Source of the DNA: Gemmata obscuriglobus
GTDB taxonomy: Bacteria; Planctomycetota; Planctomycetia; Gemmatales; Gemmataceae
Assembly: GCF_008065095.1 (NCBI RefSeq)
Contig: NZ_CP042911.1
Span: 6,840,001 to 6,872,000 of the forward strand
Direction: 5' to 3'
DNA: 32,000 bases
The position numbers were made by a program, and so were the translations under genes. The notes under the pieces are model-generated. The model was not told the origin of the DNA. It saw only the letters and a list, made by a program, of their open reading frames with translations, and did no database searches. Below are positions 8,835-18,800 of the stretch, in pieces; position 1 is the first letter of the stretch; each line of letters starts with the position of its first letter.

Positions 8835-11800
8835 TCACTTCTCTTCCTTGGGAGACGTGGCCGACGGTTTCGGCACCGCGTACTTCGCCCGCTCGCGGCG
8901 CCACTTCTCCACGTCGTCCGGCTTCTTGGTCGCGGTAAACAGTTCGATCAACCGGTCGAGTGTTTCGGGGAGGCGGGCGGCGGACGCCCGCGGGATCTCG
9001 TTCTCCTTGGCCTTCAGCCCTTCGTACCCCTTCACCAGCAGCGGCTCGGCGTCGGCGTATTTCTTTTGGGCAAGAAGCAGCCCGCCAAGCTGAGCGCGCG
9101 CCCCGGCGGCGCGCCAGCCGCCCGGCTCGCTCGTCTCGTAGGTGGCGACGGCCTCGCGCAAATAGGCCTCGTGCAGGTCGGGCCGGCCGCACCGGCCCAG
9201 TTCCGGCCCCACCAGGGTGAGCAGGGCGGCGAGCCGGGCGGGCGGGAGCTGTTTCCGCTGGGCCGCCACGAACTGCTCGAGCGTGGCGACCGCTTCCGCG
9301 TGCCGGCCGGCCGCGGCGTAGCCCGCGCCGAGGTTGCCGATGCTGGCCACGGTGTCCGGGTGTGAATCGCCCTGTGCGGCCTTCCGCCGCTCGAGAGCGC
9401 TCTGATACAGGGGGATGGCTTTGTCGTGCCGGCCCGCCACCTTGTAGGCGTTGGCCAGACCGGTCATCGTGGTGAGTACCGAAGGGTGGTCCTTGCCCAG
9501 GGCCGCCCCCTGGCGCTCCAGGCCCCGTTCGAGCAGCGGGATGGCCTTCTCGACGCGGCCGGTCTGCCGGTAGGCGGACGCCAGGTTGGCCTGGGCGGCG
9601 AGGGTGTCCGGGTGGTCCGCGCCGAGGGTGGCGGTCATCCGCTCGGCCGCCCGCTCGAACAGCGGCACCGCCTTATCCGCTTGCCCGTTCCCGCTGTACG
9701 CCAGGGCCAAGTTGTTGACCCCGGACAGCGTGTCGCGGTGGTCCTTGCCGAGGACCGCCTCCCGCCCGCGGAGCGCCTCCTCCAGCAGCGGCAGGGCCAG
9801 GTCGTACTTCTTCTGGAGGTGATACCCGTACCCCAGGTTGGCCATCGTCGTCAGAGTGTCGGGGTGGTCAGAGCCAATCACCTTCCGCCGGACGGGCAGC
9901 ACCTGCTCGTTCACCCGCACCGCTTCCTCCGTGCGGCCGGCGAGCTGGAGGGTGCTCCCGAGGTTGCTCAGCAGCTTCAGGGTTTCGACGTGATCCGCCC
10001 CCCGGATCGCCTTCGACGCTTCGTGGGCCTTACGGTGCAAGGCGACGGCACGGTCGTACGCGCCGAGGGTGGCGTGTGCGGTGGCGAGGTTATTCAAGGT
10101 CGCGAGCGTGTCCGCGTGGCCGGCGCCCAGCGCGGCCACGCGCTGAGCGTAAACGGCTTCGAACAGCTCGGCCGCGCGGGCGGTTTGCCCCACCTCCTGG
10201 CAAGCGACGCCGAGGTTGTTTCGGGCCGTTACCGTGTCCGGGTGGTCCGCGCCCAGGGTGAGCGTCCGCCGTGCGAGGAGGTCTTCGAACAGCGGCAGGG
10301 CGGCCACCGGACCGTTCGTCGCCTTCCGCGCGAAGGCGAGGTTGCTCGCGGCTTTCAAGGTGTCCGGGTGGTCCGCGCCGAGGCGCTCGGTGCGGAGGGC
10401 AACGGCCTTCTCGAACCGCGGGCGGGCGGACGCGGCGTCGCCGACCGCGAGCAGCGAGAGCCCGAGCCTCTCGTGAAGCCCTGCGGATGCCAGCGGGTCG
10501 CCGATGTCGGCCGCGTTCAGGGCGGCGGCGACGTTGCCCAGGTTCGCCCGCAGCGCGGCGCGGAACTCGGCGACGGTGGCGTAGTTGGCGCCCGGGTCGA
10601 GGCCGGTGAACACCTCGCCCAAAATGTCGTTCGCCTTGCGGGCGTACCCCAGGTTGGTTTCGGCCGCCCGCCGCCGGTCGTCGGCCTCCTCCTTCGCCCG
10701 CCGCTCGGCGGTAGCCGCCGCGACCGCCTTCGTCCGCTCGCTTTCCGCTGCCTCCGCCTGCCGCCGGGCTTCGACGAGACCCACGGTGGTCCCGGCGAGC
10801 CCGGCGACCAGTGCGAACACGATCAGGGCCGCGGCCAGCACTTGCACCTTGTTCCGCTTGACCAACTTCTTCAATCGGTAGCTCCGGCTCGGCGGCCGGG
10901 CCTCCACCATCTCGTCGGCCAGATACCGCCGGACATCGGCGGCGAGCGCGTTCGCCGACTCGTAGCGGCGGGCGCGGTCCTTCTCCAGCGCCTTCATCAC
11001 CACCCAGTCGAGTTCCCCCCGGAGCAGCTTCGCCAGCTTGGCCGGCTCGGTGCTCCGGTTGGCGGCGATGCTCGGCAGGGCGTCGGCGGTGCTCAGCCGG
11101 GTGCTCGGCCGCGGCGGCTCGACTTCCCGCACCAGCCGCAGCACCTCTAAAAATGCGCCCCGGTCGAATCCGGTCGCGCCGAGGGGCGGCGACCCGGTGA
11201 GCAGTTCGTACAGCATCACCCCCAGCGCGTACACGTCCGCGCGGGTGTCGATGTCCACCGAGTACGGGTCGGCCTGCTCCGGGGACATGTACGCCGGGGT
11301 GCCGACCACCGCACCCGCGTCCGACAGGCTCAGGTCCGTCAGACTCCGCTCCGTCGCCTTGGCCACGCCGAAGTCGATGACCTTCGGGGTCGGTCGGCCG
11401 TCCACTTCGGCGACCAGCACGTTGGACGGCTTCAGGTCGCGGTGGATGATCCCCTTCTGGTGCGCGTGCTGGACCGCCTGGCACACCTGCACGAACAGCG
11501 CCAGCCGCGCCTCGACGGTCAGCCGGTGGCGGTCGCAGTAGTCGGTCAGCGGCACGCCGTCCACCAGTTCCATGACGAAGAACGGGCGGCCGGCCGGGGT
11601 GAGGCCCCCGTCGTACATGCGGGCGATGTTCGGGTGGTCCATCAGGGCCAGCGCCTGCCGCTCGGCGTCGAACCGGGCCAGCACCGTCCGCGAATCCGCC
11701 CCCGCGCGGATCAGCTTCAGCGCCACCTGCCGCTTCACGGGCTCCGTCTGGCCGGCCAGGTACACCGCGCCCATGCCCCCCTCGCCGATCAACCGCACGA

Positions 11801-12074
11801 GCGCGTACCGGCCGGCGATCACCGCGCCGGGGGCGGTCGCCGGGTCCGGCGCGGGCTTCCGGCCGCCCCTCCAAGTCGGCGCGGCGGGGGCGTCGCGCAG
11901 CAGGTCCGCCGGGCTGTCCTCCAGGAACGAATCGGCAGACTCGTGGCGGGCCAGGAGCGACTCAACGCGCGCCCGTAACGCGGCGTTCGCCCAGCACGCC
12001 TGGTCCAGGAAGGCGGCGCGTGCCGCCGGGTCGGTGAGGACCACGGCCCCGGTGAAAATGTCCAGCTCGCTCAC
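8835..12074 (-). CDS. Membrane Ser/Thr protein kinase with an extracytoplasmic KLC-type TPR array
   Basis: Hanks kinase motifs are present: GEGGMGAVY, VALK, HRDLKPSNVLV, DFGVAKA and GTPAYMSPEQ. There is a single TM helix (VLAAALIVFALVAGLAGTTVGLV) followed by at least 12 42-aa TPRs with an LGxDHPDTL signature. The track ORF starts at TTG 12143. GTG at 12074 (MSELDIF...AFLDQAC...VESLL, a typical N-terminus) looks more likely. Confidence 0.85.
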   Translation of the reverse strand: MSELDIFTGAVVLTDPAARAAFLDQACWANAALRARVESLLARHESADSFLEDSPADLLRDAPAAPTWRGGRKPAPDPATAPGAVIAGRYALVRLIGEGGMGAVYLAGQTEPVKRQVALKLIRAGADSRTVLARFDAERQALALMDHPNIARMYDGGLTPAGRPFFVMELVDGVPLTDYCDRHRLTVEARLALFVQVCQAVQHAHQKGIIHRDLKPSNVLVAEVDGRPTPKVIDFGVAKATERSLTDLSLSDAGAVVGTPAYMSPEQADPYSVDIDTRADVYALGVMLYELLTGSPPLGATGFDRGAFLEVLRLVREVEPPRPSTRLSTADALPSIAANRSTEPAKLAKLLRGELDWVVMKALEKDRARRYESANALAADVRRYLADEMVEARPPSRSYRLKKLVKRNKVQVLAAALIVFALVAGLAGTTVGLVEARRQAEAAESERTKAVAAATAERRAKEEADDRRRAAETNLGYARKANDILGEVFTGLDPGANYATVAEFRAALRANLGNVAAALNAADIGDPLASAGLHERLGLSLLAVGDAASARPRFEKAVALRTERLGADHPDTLKAASNLAFARKATNGPVAALPLFEDLLARRTLTLGADHPDTVTARNNLGVACQEVGQTARAAELFEAVYAQRVAALGAGHADTLATLNNLATAHATLGAYDRAVALHRKAHEASKAIRGADHVETLKLLSNLGSTLQLAGRTEEAVRVNEQVLPVRRKVIGSDHPDTLTTMANLGYGYHLQKKYDLALPLLEEALRGREAVLGKDHRDTLSGVNNLALAYSGNGQADKAVPLFERAAERMTATLGADHPDTLAAQANLASAYRQTGRVEKAIPLLERGLERQGAALGKDHPSVLTTMTGLANAYKVAGRHDKAIPLYQSALERRKAAQGDSHPDTVASIGNLGAGYAAAGRHAEAVATLEQFVAAQRKQLPPARLAALLTLVGPELGRCGRPDLHEAYLREAVATYETSEPGGWRAAGARAQLGGLLLAQKKYADAEPLLVKGYEGLKAKENEIPRASAARLPETLDRLIELFTATKKPDDVEKWRRERAKYAVPKPSATSPKEEK

Positions 12075-12152
12075 GCCCGCCTCTCGCTGCCACAGATCCG
12101 ATTCGCCACAACACCATGCGCCGCCGGGGGCCGGAACGCGCAACCCGGCCCG

Positions 12153-12743
12153 TCACGGTACCGGAGCGTCCGTGTCGGCCATCTCGGTCAGCAGCCAGGC
12201 GCGGGCGTACGCCCAGTAGGCGTCGGCCGTTCGCGGCGCGATGCCGAGGACGGCGGCGGCCTCCTTCAGCGTCAGCCCGCCGAAGTACCGTAGTTGCACC
12301 AGCTCCCCCACCTTCGGCTCGGCCGCGGTCAGGGCCGTCAGCGCCTCGTCGAGGGCGATCAGCTCGTCGGCCCGTTCCGGCTCGGCGATCTGGTCCGGGT
12401 CGAGCGGCACCCGCTGGCGCCCGCCCCCGCGCTTCGCCCGCTTCTTCCGGCGGGCCGACTCGATCAGGATTCGTCGCATGGCCGTGGACGCGGCCGTGAA
12501 GAAGCGCCCGCGGCTGTCCCCCGGCAGGTCGAGCGCCCCGGCCCCGACCGGCCGGTCGCCGAGCAGCCGGAGGTACGCCTCGTGGACCAGGGCGGTGGGT
12601 TGCAGCGTGTGCCCGACGGTCTCGTTGGCGAGGGCGCGGGCGGCGAGCCGCTTCAGGTCGTCGTAGACGAGGCAGAACAGGTCCTCGACCGCTCGGGCGT
12701 TGCCGCCGTTCGCGGCCGCGAGCAGTTCGGTGAACACGGGCAT
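12153..12743 (-). CDS. ECF-type RNA polymerase sigma factor (Sig-70_X6 / TIGR02999-like)
   Basis: FTELL...VYDDLKRLAARAL..HTLQPTALVHEAYLRL is the region 2 equivalent. A basic linker ARRKKRAKRGGG follows. Region 4 HTH is LRYFGGLTLKEAAAVLGIAPRTADAYWAYARAWL. The start is ATG 12743 or GTG 12755. The stop lies only a few nt upstream of the kinase ORF, indicating an operon. Confidence 0.85.
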   Translation of the reverse strand: MPVFTELLAAANGGNARAVEDLFCLVYDDLKRLAARALANETVGHTLQPTALVHEAYLRLLGDRPVGAGALDLPGDSRGRFFTAASTAMRRILIESARRKKRAKRGGGRQRVPLDPDQIAEPERADELIALDEALTALTAAEPKVGELVQLRYFGGLTLKEAAAVLGIAPRTADAYWAYARAWLLTEMADTDAPVP

Positions 12744-12893
12744 CGGAACCGTCACTCCGGATCGCGGGCCGGTCGGTGCCGACCGCGGGCGGTGCCGGCC
12801 GGCAGAGATTTGTCATTTTTCTATTGCGCGTTTCGGACCGCAGCGACGCCTGTGGGGGTGGCGCATCCCCCCAATACCGTCGGAGTCCGCTCG
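12744..12893. promoter_or_regulatory. Divergent intergenic region between the ECF sigma operon and the giant surface-protein gene
   Basis: It is ~150 bp and contains an A/T-rich patch (gatttgtcatttttctattgcg). GGAG at 12882-12885 lies 8 nt before ATG 12894. No promoter motif could be assigned with confidence. Confidence 0.35.
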
Positions 12894-15800
12894 ATGCCCG
12901 TCCGTTCCTGGGTCCGCAAGCTGTTCGACCGCACCCCCGCCCGGCCGATCGTCCGCCCTCGCTCGAAACTGGCGGTGGAAGCTCTGGAAGACCGGGCCGT
13001 ACCGGCCACCTTCGCCGTCACCAGCCTGCTCGACAACGGCAGCGCCGGCACCCTCCGGTGGGCCGTCGACCAGGCCAACGGCACGGCCGGGGCGGACACG
13101 ATCACGTTCGCCCCGGGGGTAGCCGGGGGCACGATCGTGCTGACGGGCGGCCAACTTGCGCTCACGGACTCGGCTCAGACCACCATCGACGGCGGGGCGA
13201 CCGGGGTGACCCTGGACGGCAACAACGCGTCCCGGCTGGTCTTCGTGAGCCCCGGCGCGAGTGCCGCACTGAACCGTCTGACCATCACTCGCGGCCGAGC
13301 CGATAATTTGGATGGCGGCGGCATCTACAACTCCGGCGGCACGCTCGCGGTGTCGGCCAGCACCATTACCAACAATTCGGCCAGCTTCGGCGGTGGTATC
13401 TCGAACTTCAATGGCACGCTCACGGTCACGGCCAGCACCGTGGCCAACAACTCGGCCACCGTCGGCGGCGGGATCTACAACTCCGGTTCGGCGGCGGTTA
13501 CGGTCAGCACCGTCGCCAAAAACTACGCCGGTAGTGCCGGCGGTGGCATCCACAACGTCGGCGGGGCAATCGCGGTGTCGGCCAGCACCATTGCCAACAA
13601 CGCGGTCCGGATTGGGGACGGGGCCTTCGGCGGCGCGGGGATTTACAACAGCAGCGGCACGGCGACCCTGGCAAGCACGATCCTGACCGACGGGACAGCC
13701 GGCGACAACCTGTCCGCGTCGAGCGCGAACAACCTGCTGGTGGGTAGCGGGTCGGTGGGCGGGCTGAGCAATGGGGCGAACGGGAACGTGGTGGTGCCGA
13801 CCGCCGACGCCGCGGGCCTGGACCCGGTCGGGCTGAAGGACAACGGGGGGCCGACCCTGACCATCGCCCTGCTGCCCACCAGCCCGGCCATCGGGGCCGG
13901 GCCGTTCGCCGGCGGTGCGACCGTGGACCAGCGCGGGTACGGTCGCCCGGCGGCCGGCAACATCGACCTCGGCGCGTACCAGACGACCGCCGCCCCGCGG
14001 GAGGCCGATTCGCTGGTGGTCACCACCACCGCGGACGCGGTGAACGCGTTCGACGGGGTCACCAGCCTGCGCGAGGCGGTGGAGTACGCCAACGCGCGCG
14101 CCGGTGCCGACACGATCACCTTCGCCTCGGGCGTGGCCGGCGGTACCATCGTGCTAACCGGCGATCAGCTCACGCTTACGGACGCGGCGCAGACCACCAT
14201 TGACGGCGGGGCGGCGGGTGTCACCCTGGACGGCAACAACGCGTCCCGGGTGCTGTTCGTGGGCACTGGAGCGAGTGCCGCCCTGAACCACCTGACCATC
14301 ACCCGCGGCCGGACTCTAGATGGCGCCGGCATCTACAACCAGGGCACGCTCACGGTGTCGGCCAGCACCATCGCCAACAACAACGCCTCCTTCGGTGGTG
14401 GCATCTCGAACTATGGCACCCTTACCGTCACGGGAAGCACCGTGGCCAACAACGGGAGCTACCATGGCGGCGGCATCTTCAACCGTGCTTCGGCGACGGT
14501 GACGGCGAGCACCATCGCCAACAACTACGCCGATGATTCCGGCGGCGGCATTAGCAATGTCGGCGGCACGATCGCGTTTTTGTCTAGCACCATTACCAAC
14601 AACGCGGCCAGTCGTGTGAGCGGGGGGGGGGGCGGGGGCATTTACAGCAGCGGCGCCACGACGACCCTGACGAGCACGATCCTGACCGACGAGCTTGTCG
14701 GCGCCGACCTGTCCGCGTCGAGCGCGAACAACCTGCTGGTGGGGAGCGGGTCGGTGGGCGGGCTGAGCAGCGGGGCGAACGGGAACGTGGTGGTGCCGAC
14801 CGTGGCCGCGGCCGGCCTGGACCCGGCTGGGCTGAAGGACAACGGGGGGCCGACCCAGACCATCGCCCTGCTGCCCGGCAGCCCGGCCGTCGGAGGCGCG
14901 GCCACGAACGCGGGTGCCACCGACCAGCGGGGCGTGGCGCGGGACGCGCGGCCGGACATCGGGGCCTACGAGTTCACCGACTTCCGCCCGTCGCTGGTGG
15001 TGACCACGCTGGCGGACGAGGACGACGGCACGTCCGACTCCCGGTTCGGTTCGGGCACCAGCCTGCGGGAGGCGGTGGAGTACGCCAACGCGCACCCGGG
15101 TGCGGACACCATTACGTTCGCCCCGGGGGTGGCCGGCGGCACCATCGTGCTGACGCGCGGGCAGCTCGCGCTCACGGACGCGGACCAGACCACCATTGAT
15201 GGCGGTGCGGCGGGTGTCACCCTGGACGGCAACAGAGCGTCCCTGGTGCTCTTCGTGGGCACCGGCGCGAGCGCGACCCTGAACCACCTGACCATCACCC
15301 GCGGCTGGGGCGACGGGAGCGGCGGCGGCATCCACAACCAGGGCACGCTGACGGTATCGGCCAGCACCATCGCTGGTAATCGGGCCAACTACGGTGCTGG
15401 CGGCGGCATCTATAACCAGGGCACGCTGACGGTGTCGGCCAGCACCATCGCTGGCAACTGGGCTATCCACGGTGGCGGCATCTACAACCGGGGTACGCTG
15501 ACGGTGTCGGCTAGCGCCATCGCTGGTAACTCGGCCGTCCTTTACGGGGGTGTCTGCAACGATGGCGGCGTGCTGACGGTATCGACTAGCACCATCAACA
15601 ATAACTCGGCCGATATCAGTTACGGCGGCATCTACAACTCCGGTTCGGCGGCGGTGACGGCGAGCACCATCGCCAACAACTCCGCCCGTGATGCCGGCGG
15701 TATCTACAACTACGGTGGCACGCTGACGGTGTCCGCCAGCACTATCACCAACAATGCCGGCGGCATCCAAAACAGCAGCGGCACGGTGACCCTGACAAGT

Positions 15801-18800
15801 ACGATCTTGACCGACGGCTACACCGGTAACGACCTGTCGGCGTCGAGCGCCAACAACCTGCTGGTGGGGAGCGGGTCGGTGGGCGGGCTGAGCAATGGGG
15901 CGAACGGGAACGTGGTGGTGCCAACTGTGGCCGCCGCGGGCCTGGACCCGGCCGGGCTGAAGGACAACGGGGGGCCGACCCAGACCATCGCCCTGCTGCC
16001 CGACAGCCCAGCCATCGGGGCCGGGCCGTTCGCCGGCGGTGAGACCGTGGACCAGCGGGGGTACGGTCGCCCGGCGGCCGGCAACATCGACCTCGGCGCG
16101 TACCAGACGACCGCCGCCCCGCGGGAGGCCGATTCGCTGGTGGTCACCACCACCGCGGACGCGGTGAACGCGTTCGACGGTGTCACCAGCCTGCGGGAGG
16201 CGGTCGCATACGCCAACGCGCGCGCCGGTGCCGACACGATCACGTTCGCCCCGGGCGTGGCCGGCGGTACCATCGTGCTGACGCGCGGCCAGCTCGCGCT
16301 GAACGACTCGGCGCAGACCATTATTGATGGCGGGGCGGCGGGTGTCACCCTGGATGGCAACAACGCGTCCCGGGTAATCCTGGTGAGTTACGGGGCCACT
16401 GCCGCCCTGAACCACCTGACCATCACTCGCGGCCGCGACGACAATTATGATGGCGGCGGCATCTACAACCAGGGCACGCTGACGGTGTCGGCCAGCACCA
16501 TCGCCAACAACTCGGCCCGCGTCGGTGGTGGCATCTCGAACTATGGCACCCTTACTGTCACGGGAAGCACCGTGGCCAACAACTGGGGCTACCATGGCGG
16601 CGGCATTTTCAACCATGTTTCGGCGACGGTGACGGCGAGCACCATCGCCAACAACTACGCCGATGATTCCGGCGGCGGCATTAGCAACGTCGGCGGCACG
16701 ATCGCGGTGTCGGCTAGCACCATTACCAACAACACGGTCCGGATTGGGGGCGGGGCCGCTGGGGGTAGGGGTATTTACAGTAGCGGCGCCACGACGACCC
16801 TGACGAGTACGATCCTGACCGACGGGTTCGTTGGCTACAATGGCCTGTCGGCGTCCAGCGCGAATAACCTGCTGGTGGGGGGCGGGTCGGTGGGCGGGCT
16901 GAGCAACGGTGCGAACGGGAACGTGGTGGTGCCGACCGTGGCCGCCGCGGGCCTGGACCCGGCCGGGCTGAAGGACAACGGGGGGCCGACCCAGACCATC
17001 GCGCTGCTGCCCGACAGCCCGGCCATCGGGGCCGGTATGGCCGGCGCGGGTGCCACCGACCAGCGGGGGGTGGCGCGGGACACGCGGCCGGACATCGGGG
17101 CCTACGAGTTCGTTGCGTATCGCCCGTCGCTGGTGGTGACCACGCTGGCGGACGAGGACGACGGCACGTCCGACCCGGGTTTCGGTTCGGGCACCAGCCT
17201 GCGGGAGGCGGTGGCGTACGCGAACGCGCACCCGGGTGCGGACACCATCACGTTCGCCCCGGGGGTGGCGGGGGGCACGATCGTGCTGTCGCGCGGGCAG
17301 CTCGCGCTCACGGACGCGGACCAGACCACCATCGACGGCGGTGCGGCGTGGGTGACCCTGGACGGCAACAACGCGTCCCGGGTGATCCTGGTGAGTTACG
17401 GTGCCACTGCCGCCCTGAACCATCTGACCATCACCCGCGGCCGCGCCGACAATTATGATGGCGGCGGCGGCATCTACAACCAGGGCACGCTCACGGTCAC
17501 GGCGAGCACCATCACCAACAACTCGGCCACCGTCGGCGGCGGCATCTCTAGCATCGGTTCGGCGGCGGTGACGGCGAGCACCATCGCCAACAACTCGGCC
17601 GATAATTCCGGCGGCATCTCGAACTACGGCACGCTGACGATGTCGTCCAGTACCGTGGCCAACAACTCGGCCAACTCTTTCGGCGGCGGCATCTCGAACT
17701 ACGGCACGCTGACGATGTCGTCCAGTACCGTGGCCAACAACTCGGCCAACTCTATCGGCGGCGGCATCTACAATCGGGGCACGCTCACGGTGTCGGCGAG
17801 CACCATCGCCAACAACTTGTCCCGTTATATTGGCGGCGGCGGCATTTATAGCCTCGGCAGCATCCTGACGATGTCGGCCAGCACCGTTGCCAACAACTCG
17901 GTCCTTTCTGGCAAAGGCGGCGGCATCTACCTTGATAGCGGCATCCTGACGGTGTCGGCGAGCACGATCGCTAACAACTCGGCCAATTCTGGCGGCGGCA
18001 TCTACCTTGATGGCGGCATCCTGACGGTGTCGGCGAGCACCATCGCTAACAACTCGGCCAGTAACGGCGGCGGCATCTTCAACCAGGGCATGGCGAACCT
18101 GCCGAGAACGACCCTGACGAGCACGATCCTGACCGACGCGTTCGGCGGCGACGACCTGTCCGCGTCCAGCGCGAACAACCTGCTAGTGGGGAGCGGGTCG
18201 GTGGGCGGGCTGAGCGGCGGGTTGAACGGGAACGTGGTGGTGCCGACCGCCGCCGCCGCGGGCCTGGACCCGGCCGGGCTGAGGGACAACGGGGGGCCGA
18301 CCCAGACCATCGCCCTGCTGCCCACCAGCCCGGCCATCGGGGCCGGTGGGGCCGGCACGACGACTACCGACCAGCGGGGGGTGGCGCGGAACGCCAACCC
18401 CGACATCGGGTCGTTCGAGACGCAAGCGTCGACCGTAGGGGTGACCATTGCCGGCGGGGTTTATCGTGGGACGGCTTACACGGTGACGGCCGCGACCGTC
18501 GCCGGCACCAACGGCGCGACCCTCGCCAGCTTCGGCAGCCCGGCGCTGACGTACACCTACTACGCCGGCGCCCTCACCGCGGCCCAGGTCGCGGCAGCAA
18601 CCCCGCTGGCTGACGCCCCAATCAACGTCGGCACCTACACCGTTGTCGCCACCTTCACCAGTGACGCGTTAGGCTACCGGAGCGCGGTCAGCAGCCCGGT
18701 CTCGTTCACCATCACTCCGGCAACGGCCTTTGTGGTCGTGGCCGATTCGGCCTACGAGTACGACGGGCAGGCCCACGGGGCGAGCCTAGTGCAGGCTGTC

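Noticed and set aside
9426-11874. Plus ORF 9426-11150 and alternative-frame minus ORF 10090-11874
   Set aside because: Both overlap the kinase/TPR gene, which has clear Hanks and TPR motifs. Neither shows any recognisable motif.
12294-12893. The 5' 200 codons of the 3480-aa track ORF
   Set aside because: This stretch is antisense to the well-supported ECF sigma gene and has Arg/Gly/Pro-rich nonsense composition. A GGAG-preceded ATG at 12894 starts the recognisable protein.
14316-17423. 1035-aa minus-strand ORF
   Set aside because: It is the antisense shadow of the giant gene. It is extremely Arg/Gly/His-rich with no motifs, which is typical high-G+C third-position periodicity.
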